Positions 39,941 to 49,660 of a stretch of 64,000 nucleotides of DNA are shown here, piece by piece (within the stretch, counting starts at the first letter, position 1; every line of letters begins with the position of its first letter). The translations under genes and the position numbers were made by a program. This DNA comes from Candidatus Edwardsbacteria bacterium. Lineage in GTDB: Bacteria; Edwardsbacteria; AC1; EtOH8. The DNA lies in NCBI GenBank assembly GCA_020053305.1, contig JAGVNJ010000018.1, positions 1,910 through 65,909 on the forward strand. The letters are read 5' to 3'. Below the pieces are notes generated by a model. It did no database searches. It was not told where the DNA came from and saw only the letters and a program-made list of their open reading frames with translations.

Positions 39941-42732
39941 TGGATAACGGGAATTTCAAGATATCGGAATTTGAGAAGATCATCAAGACCAGCAGCCGCT
40001 ACATTTCCAGGACCGATGAAACGCTGGGACAGCCGGAACAAGCCCGGGAGAAGATAAGCCTGGTATCCCGGTTCCTCAAAGAGCGAAGGCTGAGCGGCGA
40101 GATCCTTTCGGTGTTCGGGGAGGCCAAGAACCCAGGGCTGGTCTATGTGGAGCTTCCCCAGGGCACCAGGGAGTTTCACGGACAGGCGGCCCAGATGCTG
40201 TTGGAATGCTGCCTTTACGATGCCGACGGACAGCCCAACGAAAGGGCCTGGGACCGGTGGCGCGATTTTGGGAGGAACATCTACTACGGCACGGTGGAGG
40301 AGATCTACCACAATTTCACTTCGGCCCGGCCGGAGCTGGCCCTGATATTCGAGCTGGCCTACCGCCAGTTGATGTCCGAGGCTTCGGTATTATGGTGGGA
40401 ACAGCAGCCGGGAGCGGTAAGAAGCAAGGAGCCCCAGGTGATGCGAAGGTTTAATCTGGAGCTGACCGCCCTGCTTCGCCCCATCAGGGACAAGGTGCTA
40501 CAGAAGCACTCCATCGACACCGAGCTTTTCGAGAAACTGCTGGATCACGGCTGGAACGTAGAATTCGACCTGGAAAGCCCCCAGGCCGTGAATTTTGCCC
40601 CGCTGCTCAGGGAACTGAATCTTTCCCAGGGGATGGTCTCGGAGCTATTCCACCTGCTGTACACCGAGCAACTGAAGGCCAACGAGGAGGCGCTTTGGGA
40701 GAAACTGGGCAGCAGCAGCTTTGCCAAACCCGAAGAGATAACCAGCATGATCTCCGGCAGCCTGTCCCAGATCACCGAGATCGCCGCCCGGGAGATCCAG
40801 AAGGTACTGATCAAGCGGGCCTCCGAGCTGGAGGTCAAGCTCAACCAGGAGCTGGCCGACCTCCAGAAATTCACCAGCCGGGTCAAAAAGCAGACCCAGG
40901 AACTGGTGATGCTGAACAACGGAGATATGTCCAAGGTGGTGGAGGCCAAACTCTATTCCGAGAATCTGCTGAACCTTTCGGCCAAGGTCACCGATTCGCT
41001 GATGCAGTTCCAGAGGAATCTCACCGGCCAGCTGTGGTATCTGCAGGACCTGGAACGCAAGGAGAAAACCCTCCAGACATCCATCGAGAGATGCCAGTCG
41101 CTGCAGCGGATGCCCCTGAAGGACCTGACGGCAATGCTCAGCTCCCACTCCAGAGAGATCAGCACCGATCTCCTGAAGCATCTGGAATTTTTCAACAATC
41201 TTGACCAGTCAATAAAACGCGACTGGGAGGGGCTTACCAAGAACCTGGCCAAGATCCTGGTGGAGATGATCCGGCAGGGGCTGGAGCAGGCCAACATCAA
41301 GGTGAAAACCCTGGACCGGGAGGCGGCCCGGCGCAATCCCAACGATTCTCATGCGGCGGCCGTCCTGATCGAAATGGAGCAGGCCCAGGCCGACGGCCGG
41401 GCCATCTCCGGGCTGATAGAGGAACAGGGAGGGAACCGGGCCTATCATGTGGAGCTGCTGATAGAGAACTACCGGAAATTTCTCACTGAGGTGGCCGAAC
41501 CGATCATGAACTTCCGCCGGCTGGCCTCGCTAGTCAAGCTGTGGCCGCCCCTGATGACGAAGGATCCGCCTGTTTTGAGACAGCAGGAACTATGCGACGA
41601 GGTTTTCTATCTTTCGGAAAGGCTCAAGAGGTATAATCGGTGCTATTCTTTCGTGGCCCAGGGGGCGGTCCTGCCCCAGTCCTCGGCCGTCCTGAAAAAC
41701 GACGGCGAGGTGCGGGAAAAGGTGCACAAGCATTTCTCCCGGGTGATCACGGTAATGGTCTACGACATCCGGGGCTCCAGTTTCATGAGCTCCAAACTTA
41801 TGAACGCCGACAAGGAAAGGGAGATCAAGAACAAGCTGGGCTATATGATCGCCCAAGTCATCAGGCAGCATGGCGGGTTCATCGTCAAGGACACCGGGGA
41901 CGGCGGGCTGGCCTGGTTCGGGGACAACGCCCATGAAACCTACGAAAAATGCTACAAGGAGGTCTTCACCGGCAAGGGCCTCAAGCTGCGGCATTCCATC
42001 AGTTCGGGAACGGAACTGAACATCCTGCCGGCCACCGAGTCCACCAAACAGGCGGTGGACTGCGCCAATGAAATGCTTAGTATGGCTGAGAAGTTCATCC
42101 AGGAGAATTTCAGCAACTACCGGGACTGGTTCCGGGACGCCAAGGAAAGGGAGATTCTCTACGAAGGGATAAACTACGCGGTTTTGCCGCCGGCCTTCAA
42201 GTCGCTGTTCCGGATAGGGGTGGGGATATCCTCCGGCTCCTCCGGCAAAGAGGTCAACCTGTCGCTCAACTCTTTCGGCGATACCGACCTTTGCGGGGCG
42301 GCGGTAAACAATGCCAGCCTGTACGCCGCCGGCAAGGACCCCAGCCGTTCGGTGATACTGCTGGATCACGTTTCTTTCGCCAATATGATGCTCAACACCG
42401 AGAGGTTCACCTCTTTATATCAAGAGCAATTATGGAGGACCAAGGCCACCGGGATTGATGGCTGGGAAAGCAAGCTCCGGGATAGCCTCAAGCTGTGCGA
42501 TTCCGTTGCCGATGACGGCAGTTATTATATTCCCGGCAAGAACTATTCGATAAAGAGAACCGGCTATCAGATTTTGGGGCTGTCGAACACATCCAAGGAG
42601 GCCAGCCTGCGGATGGAGGCCGGAGACAAGGTGGCAGCCATGCAGGATGACGGCCGGTTCATGGATCCCCAGACCAAGACAGAGATAAAATTCGTATACG
42701 AAGTTCAACCCCAGGAGAAGGGGGGTAAGTAA
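39940..42732 (+). CDS. Large soluble protein with a divergent class III nucleotidyl (adenylyl/guanylyl) cyclase catalytic domain
   Basis: MVYDIRGSSF matches FxDIxGFT. VKDTGDGGLAWFG matches KxxGDxxMAxF. FRIGVGISSGSSG matches RIGIHTGxV. GDTDLCGAAVNNASLYAAG matches GDTVNLASRMES. A roughly 570-aa helical N-terminal region is present and no TM helices are seen. Confidence 0.6.
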   Translation: MDNGNFKISEFEKIIKTSSRYISRTDETLGQPEQAREKISLVSRFLKERRLSGEILSVFGEAKNPGLVYVELPQGTREFHGQAAQMLLECCLYDADGQPNERAWDRWRDFGRNIYYGTVEEIYHNFTSARPELALIFELAYRQLMSEASVLWWEQQPGAVRSKEPQVMRRFNLELTALLRPIRDKVLQKHSIDTELFEKLLDHGWNVEFDLESPQAVNFAPLLRELNLSQGMVSELFHLLYTEQLKANEEALWEKLGSSSFAKPEEITSMISGSLSQITEIAAREIQKVLIKRASELEVKLNQELADLQKFTSRVKKQTQELVMLNNGDMSKVVEAKLYSENLLNLSAKVTDSLMQFQRNLTGQLWYLQDLERKEKTLQTSIERCQSLQRMPLKDLTAMLSSHSREISTDLLKHLEFFNNLDQSIKRDWEGLTKNLAKILVEMIRQGLEQANIKVKTLDREAARRNPNDSHAAAVLIEMEQAQADGRAISGLIEEQGGNRAYHVELLIENYRKFLTEVAEPIMNFRRLASLVKLWPPLMTKDPPVLRQQELCDEVFYLSERLKRYNRCYSFVAQGAVLPQSSAVLKNDGEVREKVHKHFSRVITVMVYDIRGSSFMSSKLMNADKEREIKNKLGYMIAQVIRQHGGFIVKDTGDGGLAWFGDNAHETYEKCYKEVFTGKGLKLRHSISSGTELNILPATESTKQAVDCANEMLSMAEKFIQENFSNYRDWFRDAKEREILYEGINYAVLPPAFKSLFRIGVGISSGSSGKEVNLSLNSFGDTDLCGAAVNNASLYAAGKDPSRSVILLDHVSFANMMLNTERFTSLYQEQLWRTKATGIDGWESKLRDSLKLCDSVADDGSYYIPGKNYSIKRTGYQILGLSNTSKEASLRMEAGDKVAAMQDDGRFMDPQTKTEIKFVYEVQPQEKGGK

Positions 42733-42734
42733 TC

Positions 42735-44150
42735 ATGGCGGAGATACTGATCGTTGACCAGGACCGGCTCTTTGCCCTGACCCTGGTCCATGTCCTGAGC
42801 GGCCATCACCACCAATCGGTGCTGGCCTCCGATGAAAAGGAAGTGGTGAGCATCATCCGGGACCGCAACATCGACCTGATCCTGGTGGACGCCGAGCTGG
42901 CCAGCCGGAAAAATCTCCACCTGCTTAAGCATTTGAGGCAGGCCAATCCCGACATCCCGGTGGTGCTTTCGATATCCAAGAAGGTTGATAAGGACGACCG
43001 GGAGCAGCTTCGGAGCGGGCTGTACGATTATATCAACAAGCCGTTCGGACATGAGGAACTGTTGCTGGCGGTGGAACGGGGCCTGGAAAGGCGTCGCCTC
43101 CAGAACGAGAATCGCCTGCTGCTGGGGGACCTCAAGCAGCGGATCAGAGAGTTGTCCACCTTCAACACCATAGCCAAAACCCTCAACTCCACCCTCAATC
43201 TCAAAGAGGTGCTGGACATCGTGATGGGCAAGGTCAAGGAGCTGATCAAAGCCGAGGCCTGGTCCATTTTGATGCTGGATGAGAAGACCAACGAACTGGT
43301 GTTCGAGGTGGCCACCGGGGAGAAGGGGCAGCAGGTCAAGGAGATGAGGCTGGGCATGGGGCAGGGGGTGGCCGGCTGGGTGGCCCAGCACCAGCGGCCG
43401 GTAATCGTGCCGGACACCGCCAATGACCAGCGTTTCTTCAAGGGGCTGGACCAGAAGACCGGGTTCCGCACCAGATCCATCATCGCCACCCCCCTGGTGT
43501 CGCGGGGCCGGCTGATAGGAGTGGTGGAGATAATAAATAAACTGGGCGACGCTTCTTTCGACCAGAAGGACCTGGATCTGCTGCAGACTTTGACCGACCA
43601 TGCCGCCATAGCCATAGAGAACGCCCGGCTGTATGAGAAGGCCCGGAGGCTGGCCGTCACCGACGACCTGACCGGACTGTTCAACTCCCGGCACTGCGAC
43701 ATGTTCCTGAAGAAGGCCCTGGATGAGGCGGTAAAAAAAGACCAGCCGCTGTCCCTGTTATTCATAGATCTGGATCACATGAAAGAGGTGGACGATACCT
43801 ACGGCCATCTGATGGGCGGGCACGCCCTGAAGGAGGTGGCCGACCGGATAGCCGGGGAGGTCAAACCGCCTGATATGGCTTCGCGCTACGGCGGGGATGA
43901 ATACGTGATCGTCCTGCCCGGCAAGAACTCCAGGCAGGCCCTGGAGCTGGCCGAGATTATCAGGAGGAGGATCGAGGCCGAGCCGTTTCTGACCTATCAC
44001 AAACTGTCGTGCCGAATAACTGCCAGCATCGGCATTGCCAATTATCCGGAGCAGGCCGGAAGCACCGACGAGCTGTTCTCCAAGGCCGACCAGGCCATGT
44101 ACCAGGTCAAGGAATCGGGAAAGAACCGGGTCAAATTGTCCGATAAATGA
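42735..44150 (+). CDS. Response regulator with REC-GAF-GGDEF architecture (diguanylate cyclase, GGDEY variant)
   Basis: There is a receiver (LIVDQD...D), a GAF domain, then RYGGDEYVIVLPG. It is separated by 2 nt from the cyclase gene stop. Confidence 0.75.
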   Translation: MAEILIVDQDRLFALTLVHVLSGHHHQSVLASDEKEVVSIIRDRNIDLILVDAELASRKNLHLLKHLRQANPDIPVVLSISKKVDKDDREQLRSGLYDYINKPFGHEELLLAVERGLERRRLQNENRLLLGDLKQRIRELSTFNTIAKTLNSTLNLKEVLDIVMGKVKELIKAEAWSILMLDEKTNELVFEVATGEKGQQVKEMRLGMGQGVAGWVAQHQRPVIVPDTANDQRFFKGLDQKTGFRTRSIIATPLVSRGRLIGVVEIINKLGDASFDQKDLDLLQTLTDHAAIAIENARLYEKARRLAVTDDLTGLFNSRHCDMFLKKALDEAVKKDQPLSLLFIDLDHMKEVDDTYGHLMGGHALKEVADRIAGEVKPPDMASRYGGDEYVIVLPGKNSRQALELAEIIRRRIEAEPFLTYHKLSCRITASIGIANYPEQAGSTDELFSKADQAMYQVKESGKNRVKLSDK

Positions 44151-44168
44151 TCGCAGGAGGATAATACC

Positions 44169-44546
44169 ATGACGCCTTTCTGTCCCGACTGCCGGGCCGA
44201 ATACCGTGAAGGATTCAAGAACTGCTCGGATTGCGGATCCGACCTGTCGGCAGCCCTGCCGCCGGAGGCCGACAACCGGGAGGAGGTCAATTCGGACATG
44301 CTGGCGGTTTATGATGCCCCGGACCAGATGTCAGCCCTGACCCTGTCGTCATTTTTGAATGACAACAATATTCGGACCGTCATCAAATCGGAACAGATCC
44401 CCATGTACGACGGGGTGGCCATGATGCTTTTTCCCCGCTGGGGCCGGGTGATGGTTTTGGAAAACCAATATGAAAAAGCCCGGGCGTTGATAGATGAATA
44501 TCTGTCCGGGGAGACGCTGGCCGAAGATGAATCTCCGCCAGCATAG
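44169..44546 (+). CDS. Zinc-ribbon plus DUF2007-like (PII-fold putative signal transducer) protein
   Basis: CPDC...CSDCG is an N-terminal zinc ribbon. The C-terminus LAVYDAPDQMSALTLSSFLNDNNI...ARALIDEYL resembles DUF2007. Confidence 0.5.
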   Translation: MTPFCPDCRAEYREGFKNCSDCGSDLSAALPPEADNREEVNSDMLAVYDAPDQMSALTLSSFLNDNNIRTVIKSEQIPMYDGVAMMLFPRWGRVMVLENQYEKARALIDEYLSGETLAEDESPPA

Positions 44547-44580
44547 AAAAAAGCCGCAAACCTTAAGTTTGCGGCTTAAA
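44547..44580 (-). terminator. Terminator downstream of tRNA-Leu (minus strand), also usable by the plus-strand gene
   Basis: GCCGCAAAC-CTTAA-GTTTGCGGC has a T6 run on the minus strand. Confidence 0.6.
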
Positions 44581-44593
44581 AATGTCGGTAAAA

Positions 44594-44680
44594 TGGTGCC
44601 GAGGGGGGGAGTCGAACCCCCATGCCCTTGCGAACACTAAGTTCTGAGCCTAGCGCGTCTACCAGTTCCGCCACCTCGGC
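44594..44680 (-). tRNA. tRNA-Leu (anticodon CAG), long variable arm, CCA encoded
   Basis: Hand fold: acceptor GCCGAGG/CCTCGGC, anticodon arm CTAGG-CTCAGAA-CTTAG, a 15-nt variable arm, T-arm GGGGG-TTCGACT-CCCCC. It is 87 nt. Confidence 0.8.
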
Positions 44681-44735
44681 ATAACCATAAAACATCATTA
44701 TAATATAAAATACGCACCACTGTCAAGATTATATA

Positions 44736-45188
44736 ATGATCGAAAGCATATTAAATAAGAAGGCCCGGTATGATTACGAGATAATCGACCGGCTGGAGAC
44801 CGGGATCGTTCTGCGGGGCACCGAGGTCAAGTCCATCCGCCAGGGGCAGGCCAACCTCAAGGACAGTTTTGCCATGGTCAAGGGCCGGGAGCTGTTCCTG
44901 TTCAATATGCATGTTTCGCCCTATGATCACGGCAACCGCTACAACCTGGAGGCCACCCGCCCCAGAAAACTGCTGCTCCACCGGGAGCAGATCCGGAAAT
45001 TGACCGCCCAGCAAAAAGAGAAGAACCTGTCCCTGATTCCGCTGTCGCTGTATTTTAAAAAGGGAAAGGTGAAGATCGACCTGGCTCTGGCCAAAGGCAA
45101 GAAACAGTATGACCGGCGGGAGGACATCAAGAAACGGGACGTGGATAGGGAGATGAGAGGCACCAACAAGGGGAGGTTCCGGGGATAG
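44736..45188 (+). CDS. smpB: SsrA-binding protein
   Basis: It is 150 aa. RYDYEI...GIVLRGTEVKSIR is typical of SmpB. Confidence 0.9.
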   Translation: MIESILNKKARYDYEIIDRLETGIVLRGTEVKSIRQGQANLKDSFAMVKGRELFLFNMHVSPYDHGNRYNLEATRPRKLLLHREQIRKLTAQQKEKNLSLIPLSLYFKKGKVKIDLALAKGKKQYDRREDIKKRDVDREMRGTNKGRFRG

Positions 45189-45190
45189 CC

Positions 45191-46189
45191 TCACCACCAG
45201 ACCGAAAAATAGCGGCAGTGCCGGCAGAGGGATATTTGGTCCCTTTGGCCGGCATTATGTTTTTGCCGCAGGCCGCCCAAAACAGCTCCTTTCCAGATCC
45301 CGGCCAAAGCCTCTGTCCCGGCGTTCCCGATGATTTGCCGGGCCTCGTAATCCAGGCAGCAGGCCGGCACTGTCCCGTCCCAGTAGATGTTCAGTTGGTC
45401 CCAGAGGTACCGGCAGGGCGGCCAAAGCTTCCGTTCCATCAGGTGCGGGCTGTGCTCCCGGTCGGGGAGGGGCACCTGGCCGGCCCAGTCCTGGGCCTGC
45501 CGGAAAATAAGACGGTCGGCCCTGCGCTCCCATAAACGCCGTAGGTTTGATATCTCTTTTTCATTATCGCTAAGGGTAACCACCTGGATAAAGATCTTGG
45601 GCCTGGGTGAAAGCGACAGGATATGGTCTATATTCTCAACCACTTTATGGTAATCAAGTCCGGGGCGCAGCCGGTGGTAGGTTTTCGGAGAAGCTCCATC
45701 CAGGCTGATATGCATCAGGCCCAGCCCGGCCGAGATCAGCCGGACGGCCTTTCCCGGGTAGAGCAGGGAGGCATTGCTGACCAGGCCGATATTCCCAAAG
45801 CCTTTTAACTTTGCCAGGGATATGCGCTCTTCCAGATGGGGGTCCAGCAGTGGCTCCCCGAACCCCGAGAGCAGAAGGCATTCGATGGGCCAATCCTGCA
45901 GCTGCCCCAAAACCCTCTGGTACAACTCCATTGACATCACCCCCTTGTCCCGTTTCATATTCTTGTGCCCGCACATGATGCAGGCCGAATTGCAGGCGTT
46001 GGTGCCTTCGATGGCCACCGTCTTGGGACAGAGCAACCTGCTCTCCTGGACTTTTTTTATACGCCGGGAATAGAGGTGCCGGTACATAGGGTTCCGGCTA
46101 AGCCGGTCCGATGAAACCAAGCGGTAAGCCATGGGCCTTAAGTAAGGCGAGTCTGACAAAAAGTGAAGGGATTTAAAACGTTCCATCAT
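45191..46189 (-). CDS. Radical SAM protein with a C-terminal SPASM/twitch-like Cys-rich domain
   Basis: CNSACIMC (Cx3Cx2C) is present, and the C-terminal region has CC...C..C cysteines. Confidence 0.75.
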   Translation of the reverse strand: MMERFKSLHFLSDSPYLRPMAYRLVSSDRLSRNPMYRHLYSRRIKKVQESRLLCPKTVAIEGTNACNSACIMCGHKNMKRDKGVMSMELYQRVLGQLQDWPIECLLLSGFGEPLLDPHLEERISLAKLKGFGNIGLVSNASLLYPGKAVRLISAGLGLMHISLDGASPKTYHRLRPGLDYHKVVENIDHILSLSPRPKIFIQVVTLSDNEKEISNLRRLWERRADRLIFRQAQDWAGQVPLPDREHSPHLMERKLWPPCRYLWDQLNIYWDGTVPACCLDYEARQIIGNAGTEALAGIWKGAVLGGLRQKHNAGQRDQISLCRHCRYFSVWW

Positions 46190-47300
46190 TCAATATCCGC
46201 AATAATTCTCCCTGTGAATGGAGCCAAAGAAAATATTTTGATGTTATGACACCTTGGGCGGAAATATGCTTTCGGATATTCCTATCATTCACCAAGCGCA
46301 TGATATGCTTGGCCAGTGATCTGCTGTCCCCGGGCCGATAGGTCAGGCAGTTATGCCCCGGGCGTGCATATTCGGAACATCCGCCATTCTCGCTAAGGAT
46401 AACGGCACAGCCGCAGGCCATGGCTTCCAGGGCGGGTAAACCGAAGCCTTCGCTTAAGCTGGTGGATACAAACACATCACTACAGTTATATATTCCAGCC
46501 AGGGCGGTATCATTTCGAGGGCTTTCCAACTGCCATTCCCGGGGGATATCATAACCGATAAGGTTATCCGGGGTTACTATTGTAACCGATAGCTGCTGCC
46601 TTATATTTTCCGGCAGGTGCCTAAAGGCCGTGATCATGGTTTGAAGTCCTTTTATGGGATGAAACCTGGCTAGATAAACCAAATGGACCTTGTCTCCGGG
46701 TGTCTTGTTTTGGCCCGGGGAATGATTAAAAACGCTGGGGTTTACGCCGGGGCGGACCAGCGCCGGAGGAATACAATCCCTTTTGGAATTGAACAGAAAC
46801 CGGCGATAAGTATGACGGGAGTTGAAAATATAGCAGACGTTTGGATATCTATAGCTTAGGAAAGTCAGGATTTTATAAAGGCCATAAAAAAAGTTATTTC
46901 GCAATAGTGCCAAATCGCTGAATATTTGAAAGTCATCCGCCTGAATAAAGTTGTAAACGGGATCCCTGCGAATGAAAAGTAAAAGAGGGCCGAGCATCTG
47001 CCCGGTGGAAATTATATGTTTGAATCTACTAGCAGACAGGTTGATGAAAAAAAACAGCAATAATATATTTATAGCGCGAATGATAAGACCACCTCCGAAA
47101 AGGCCAATGGCCCTGACCTGTACCCCTGGGGCAGTTCTATAATAACATTCACCGGGTCCCCTGGGATACCATATGGCTATGCGGTATTTTTCAATCAAGC
47201 CGTTGGCCAATTCAAAGACAACCCTATTGCCTCCGCCGATCTTGACGGAGGGCAATAAAAACAGAATTGAATTTTGCGGATTTCGTTTCATGACAAACAA
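46173..47300 (-). CDS. Glycosyltransferase family 4 (GT-B, group 1)
   Basis: The C-terminal EGFGLPALEAMACGCAVI nucleotide-sugar-binding motif is present. Confidence 0.8.
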   Translation of the reverse strand: MFVMKRNPQNSILFLLPSVKIGGGNRVVFELANGLIEKYRIAIWYPRGPGECYYRTAPGVQVRAIGLFGGGLIIRAINILLLFFFINLSASRFKHIISTGQMLGPLLLFIRRDPVYNFIQADDFQIFSDLALLRNNFFYGLYKILTFLSYRYPNVCYIFNSRHTYRRFLFNSKRDCIPPALVRPGVNPSVFNHSPGQNKTPGDKVHLVYLARFHPIKGLQTMITAFRHLPENIRQQLSVTIVTPDNLIGYDIPREWQLESPRNDTALAGIYNCSDVFVSTSLSEGFGLPALEAMACGCAVILSENGGCSEYARPGHNCLTYRPGDSRSLAKHIMRLVNDRNIRKHISAQGVITSKYFLWLHSQGELLRILNDGTF

Positions 47301-47309
47301 AATGAAAAA

Positions 47310-48587
47310 TCAAATATTCGGGGCACCATCTTCAGCTGTCAGCCTATCAAGATGAACAGCCAGTTGGCGGGCGATCAGCCGGCGATCATATTTCTGCAAG
47401 GCTTTTGCATCGGGTCGAAAGTCTATCCTATTTGTCTGCCACTGATGAAAAAGCCGCTCGATCAAATCTGCCAACCCCAGATAATCATCTGGCTCTAGTA
47501 CTGTTCCGGTGCTTGTTTCACTGATCAATTGGGCGGCCGGGCTGAAACTCGGGACCGATGCCAGGATCGGCTTTCGCGCTCCCAAATATTCGTAGACCTT
47601 GCTAGTGGAGACGGTCGGGCCCTCTTCCCGTCCTATTGTAAACCATAGGATCGTAGCTTCTTCCAGTATTTCGATCACCCGATTATGAGCCAAATGTCCC
47701 CTAAATTCGAAATAATCAGAGACTCCCAAATGCCGGGCAATCTTCAGATCTTCCGATTTATATACTCCGGCCACAATTATTCTGATGTTTTGAGCCAGGT
47801 GCTGTTTTCTTTTGAGCAATTCACGAAAGGCTCGGGCCAAAACATCTATCCGGCGGTATTTGGTCAAAGAACCGGTGTAGGCTATTGTAAATTTGTCCGA
47901 TCTTGGCCGGGTATTGTTCAAAGGGAAATCCAGGGGATCAAATCCTTGGGGCAGGATGCCGTTAGCCGTGCTTTTTTTTAGGCCGATATTTTGCAGGCCC
48001 TCAAGGATGGGGGCATTGATGGCCGTTATCATATCGGCCTGCTTGACGACCAAGCCCTCAATGTTGCGATTAAGCTGCAACCGGAAAGAAGAATAGCCCC
48101 GGTTAAGGGTATTGGGCTGGGACCAGGCATCCCGAAAGTCACAGATCAGAGGCCGGTCGACCAGGCGTTTGATAAATAGACCGGCCAGATGCGAGGAAAA
48201 AGGCGGAGCGGAAGAGAATATGGCGTCGAAGGGGTTTTGCCGAAAGATTTTCAAGGCGGCCTGAACGGCGAACGGGACCCAGCCGATCTTATTGTCGGGG
48301 ATAAAGAAGTTGTTGATAAAACCGATGAAGCCGCGATGGCGGCTGACCGTCTGGGGATCAAGCCTAGAAAAAGAAAGATGCATGGGGTCCAATGAAGGGG
48401 TGCGGAATACCTGAGATTGCTGCAGATCTTTAGAAAGAGAATCATCATAGCGGTATATGCCCCGGGGATAGGGGGCTATTACAACGGGTTGCCAGTTGTT
48501 GTCGGGCAGATATTTTATGAATTTGACTATCCTGTGAACGCCGCCTTGGGGTGGGTGATAGTAATTGAGTATCAGCAGGCGTTTCAT
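47310..48587 (-). CDS. Glycosyltransferase, GT4-like (GT-B)
   Basis: The start ATG at 48587 overlaps the wecB stop (ATGA). The track ORF has a 56-codon spurious Pro/Gly-rich extension. It has the GT-B two-Rossmann architecture. Confidence 0.65.
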   Translation of the reverse strand: MKRLLILNYYHPPQGGVHRIVKFIKYLPDNNWQPVVIAPYPRGIYRYDDSLSKDLQQSQVFRTPSLDPMHLSFSRLDPQTVSRHRGFIGFINNFFIPDNKIGWVPFAVQAALKIFRQNPFDAIFSSAPPFSSHLAGLFIKRLVDRPLICDFRDAWSQPNTLNRGYSSFRLQLNRNIEGLVVKQADMITAINAPILEGLQNIGLKKSTANGILPQGFDPLDFPLNNTRPRSDKFTIAYTGSLTKYRRIDVLARAFRELLKRKQHLAQNIRIIVAGVYKSEDLKIARHLGVSDYFEFRGHLAHNRVIEILEEATILWFTIGREEGPTVSTSKVYEYLGARKPILASVPSFSPAAQLISETSTGTVLEPDDYLGLADLIERLFHQWQTNRIDFRPDAKALQKYDRRLIARQLAVHLDRLTAEDGAPNI

Positions 48588-49660
48588 CTGCCCAGGTGCC
48601 TTTCCAAGTGTCCCGCTATCAGACGGGCGGACTGTCCCTGGCCGTAAAGGCTGGGGTGAGAGGCTGGCGGTCTCAAATAGGCCAGGGCTTTTAGAATGCG
48701 TTTTTTGTCCGGTCCCACCAGGCGATTCCATCCGGTCTTGACCGTCTCCACCCACTCGGTCTCATGGCGCACCGTCAAACAGGGAGTCTTTAGCAGATAG
48801 GCTTCTTTTTGGATGCCCCCGGAATCGGTGATCACTGCATAGGCTGCCGATTGCAGGGCCAGCGACTCCCGGTATCCCTGGGGAGGTATCAGCATTACGT
48901 TTTCCGATCCTTCCAGCTTATCCCAAAGCGAAATATCCTTCAGCTTCCTCTCGGTGCGGGGATGAACCGGGAAGACTGCCTTTTTCCCGGATGAGAGCAG
49001 GGCCTCCATTATGGCGGATAAATTCTCCGCGTCATCTGTGTTCTCCGCCCGATGGATGGTGACAAACAGATAATTTCCCGGCACCAGTGACAGCTTCTTG
49101 ATTATTTTTGCAGTCTGGTCTTTGGTTGGTAGAATATATTTCATGGCATCGTACATGATGTCGCCCACCATGTAGAGGCCGCTGGTGATCCCCTCTTTTT
49201 TAAGATTCTCCATCGCAGTATTAGTGGAGCAGAAATGCATGTTGGACAGGTGATCGGCCACCACCCGGTTGACCTCCTCCGGCATCATCCGGTTGAAGCT
49301 GCGCATGCCGGCCTCGATATGGGCCAGCGGGATGTGCAGCTTGGCGGCGATCAGCGCCCCGGCCAGTGTGGAGTTGGTGTCGCCGAAGATTATAATGGCA
49401 TCGGGTCTTTGTTTGATGACCACCGGCTCCAGCTTGGCCAGCATGGCGGCGGTTTGGGCTCCGTGCAGGCCGGAACCGACCTCCAGGTTGAAATCGGGTC
49501 GGGGGATACCCAACTCTCTAAAGAACTGCTGGGACATTGCGTAGTCGTAATGCTGTCCGGTGTGCACCAGGATCTCACGGTGTTTTTTTCTGAGGGCCCG
49601 GGAGAGAGGGGCGGCCTTGATGAACTGGGGCCGGGCGCCGATGACGGTCAGAAATTTCAT
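48584..49660 (-). CDS. wecB: UDP-N-acetylglucosamine 2-epimerase (non-hydrolysing)
   Basis: The N-terminus KFLTVIGARPQFIKAAPL...HTGQHYD is characteristic. Confidence 0.9.
   Translation of the reverse strand: MKFLTVIGARPQFIKAAPLSRALRKKHREILVHTGQHYDYAMSQQFFRELGIPRPDFNLEVGSGLHGAQTAAMLAKLEPVVIKQRPDAIIIFGDTNSTLAGALIAAKLHIPLAHIEAGMRSFNRMMPEEVNRVVADHLSNMHFCSTNTAMENLKKEGITSGLYMVGDIMYDAMKYILPTKDQTAKIIKKLSLVPGNYLFVTIHRAENTDDAENLSAIMEALLSSGKKAVFPVHPRTERKLKDISLWDKLEGSENVMLIPPQGYRESLALQSAAYAVITDSGGIQKEAYLLKTPCLTVRHETEWVETVKTGWNRLVGPDKKRILKALAYLRPPASHPSLYGQGQSARLIAGHLERHLGR

Noticed and set aside
48588-48755. The 56-codon N-terminal extension of the GT4-like ORF
   Set aside because: It overlaps wecB and is Pro/Gly/Ser-rich. 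The ATG at 48587 gives an ATGA overlap with the wecB stop.
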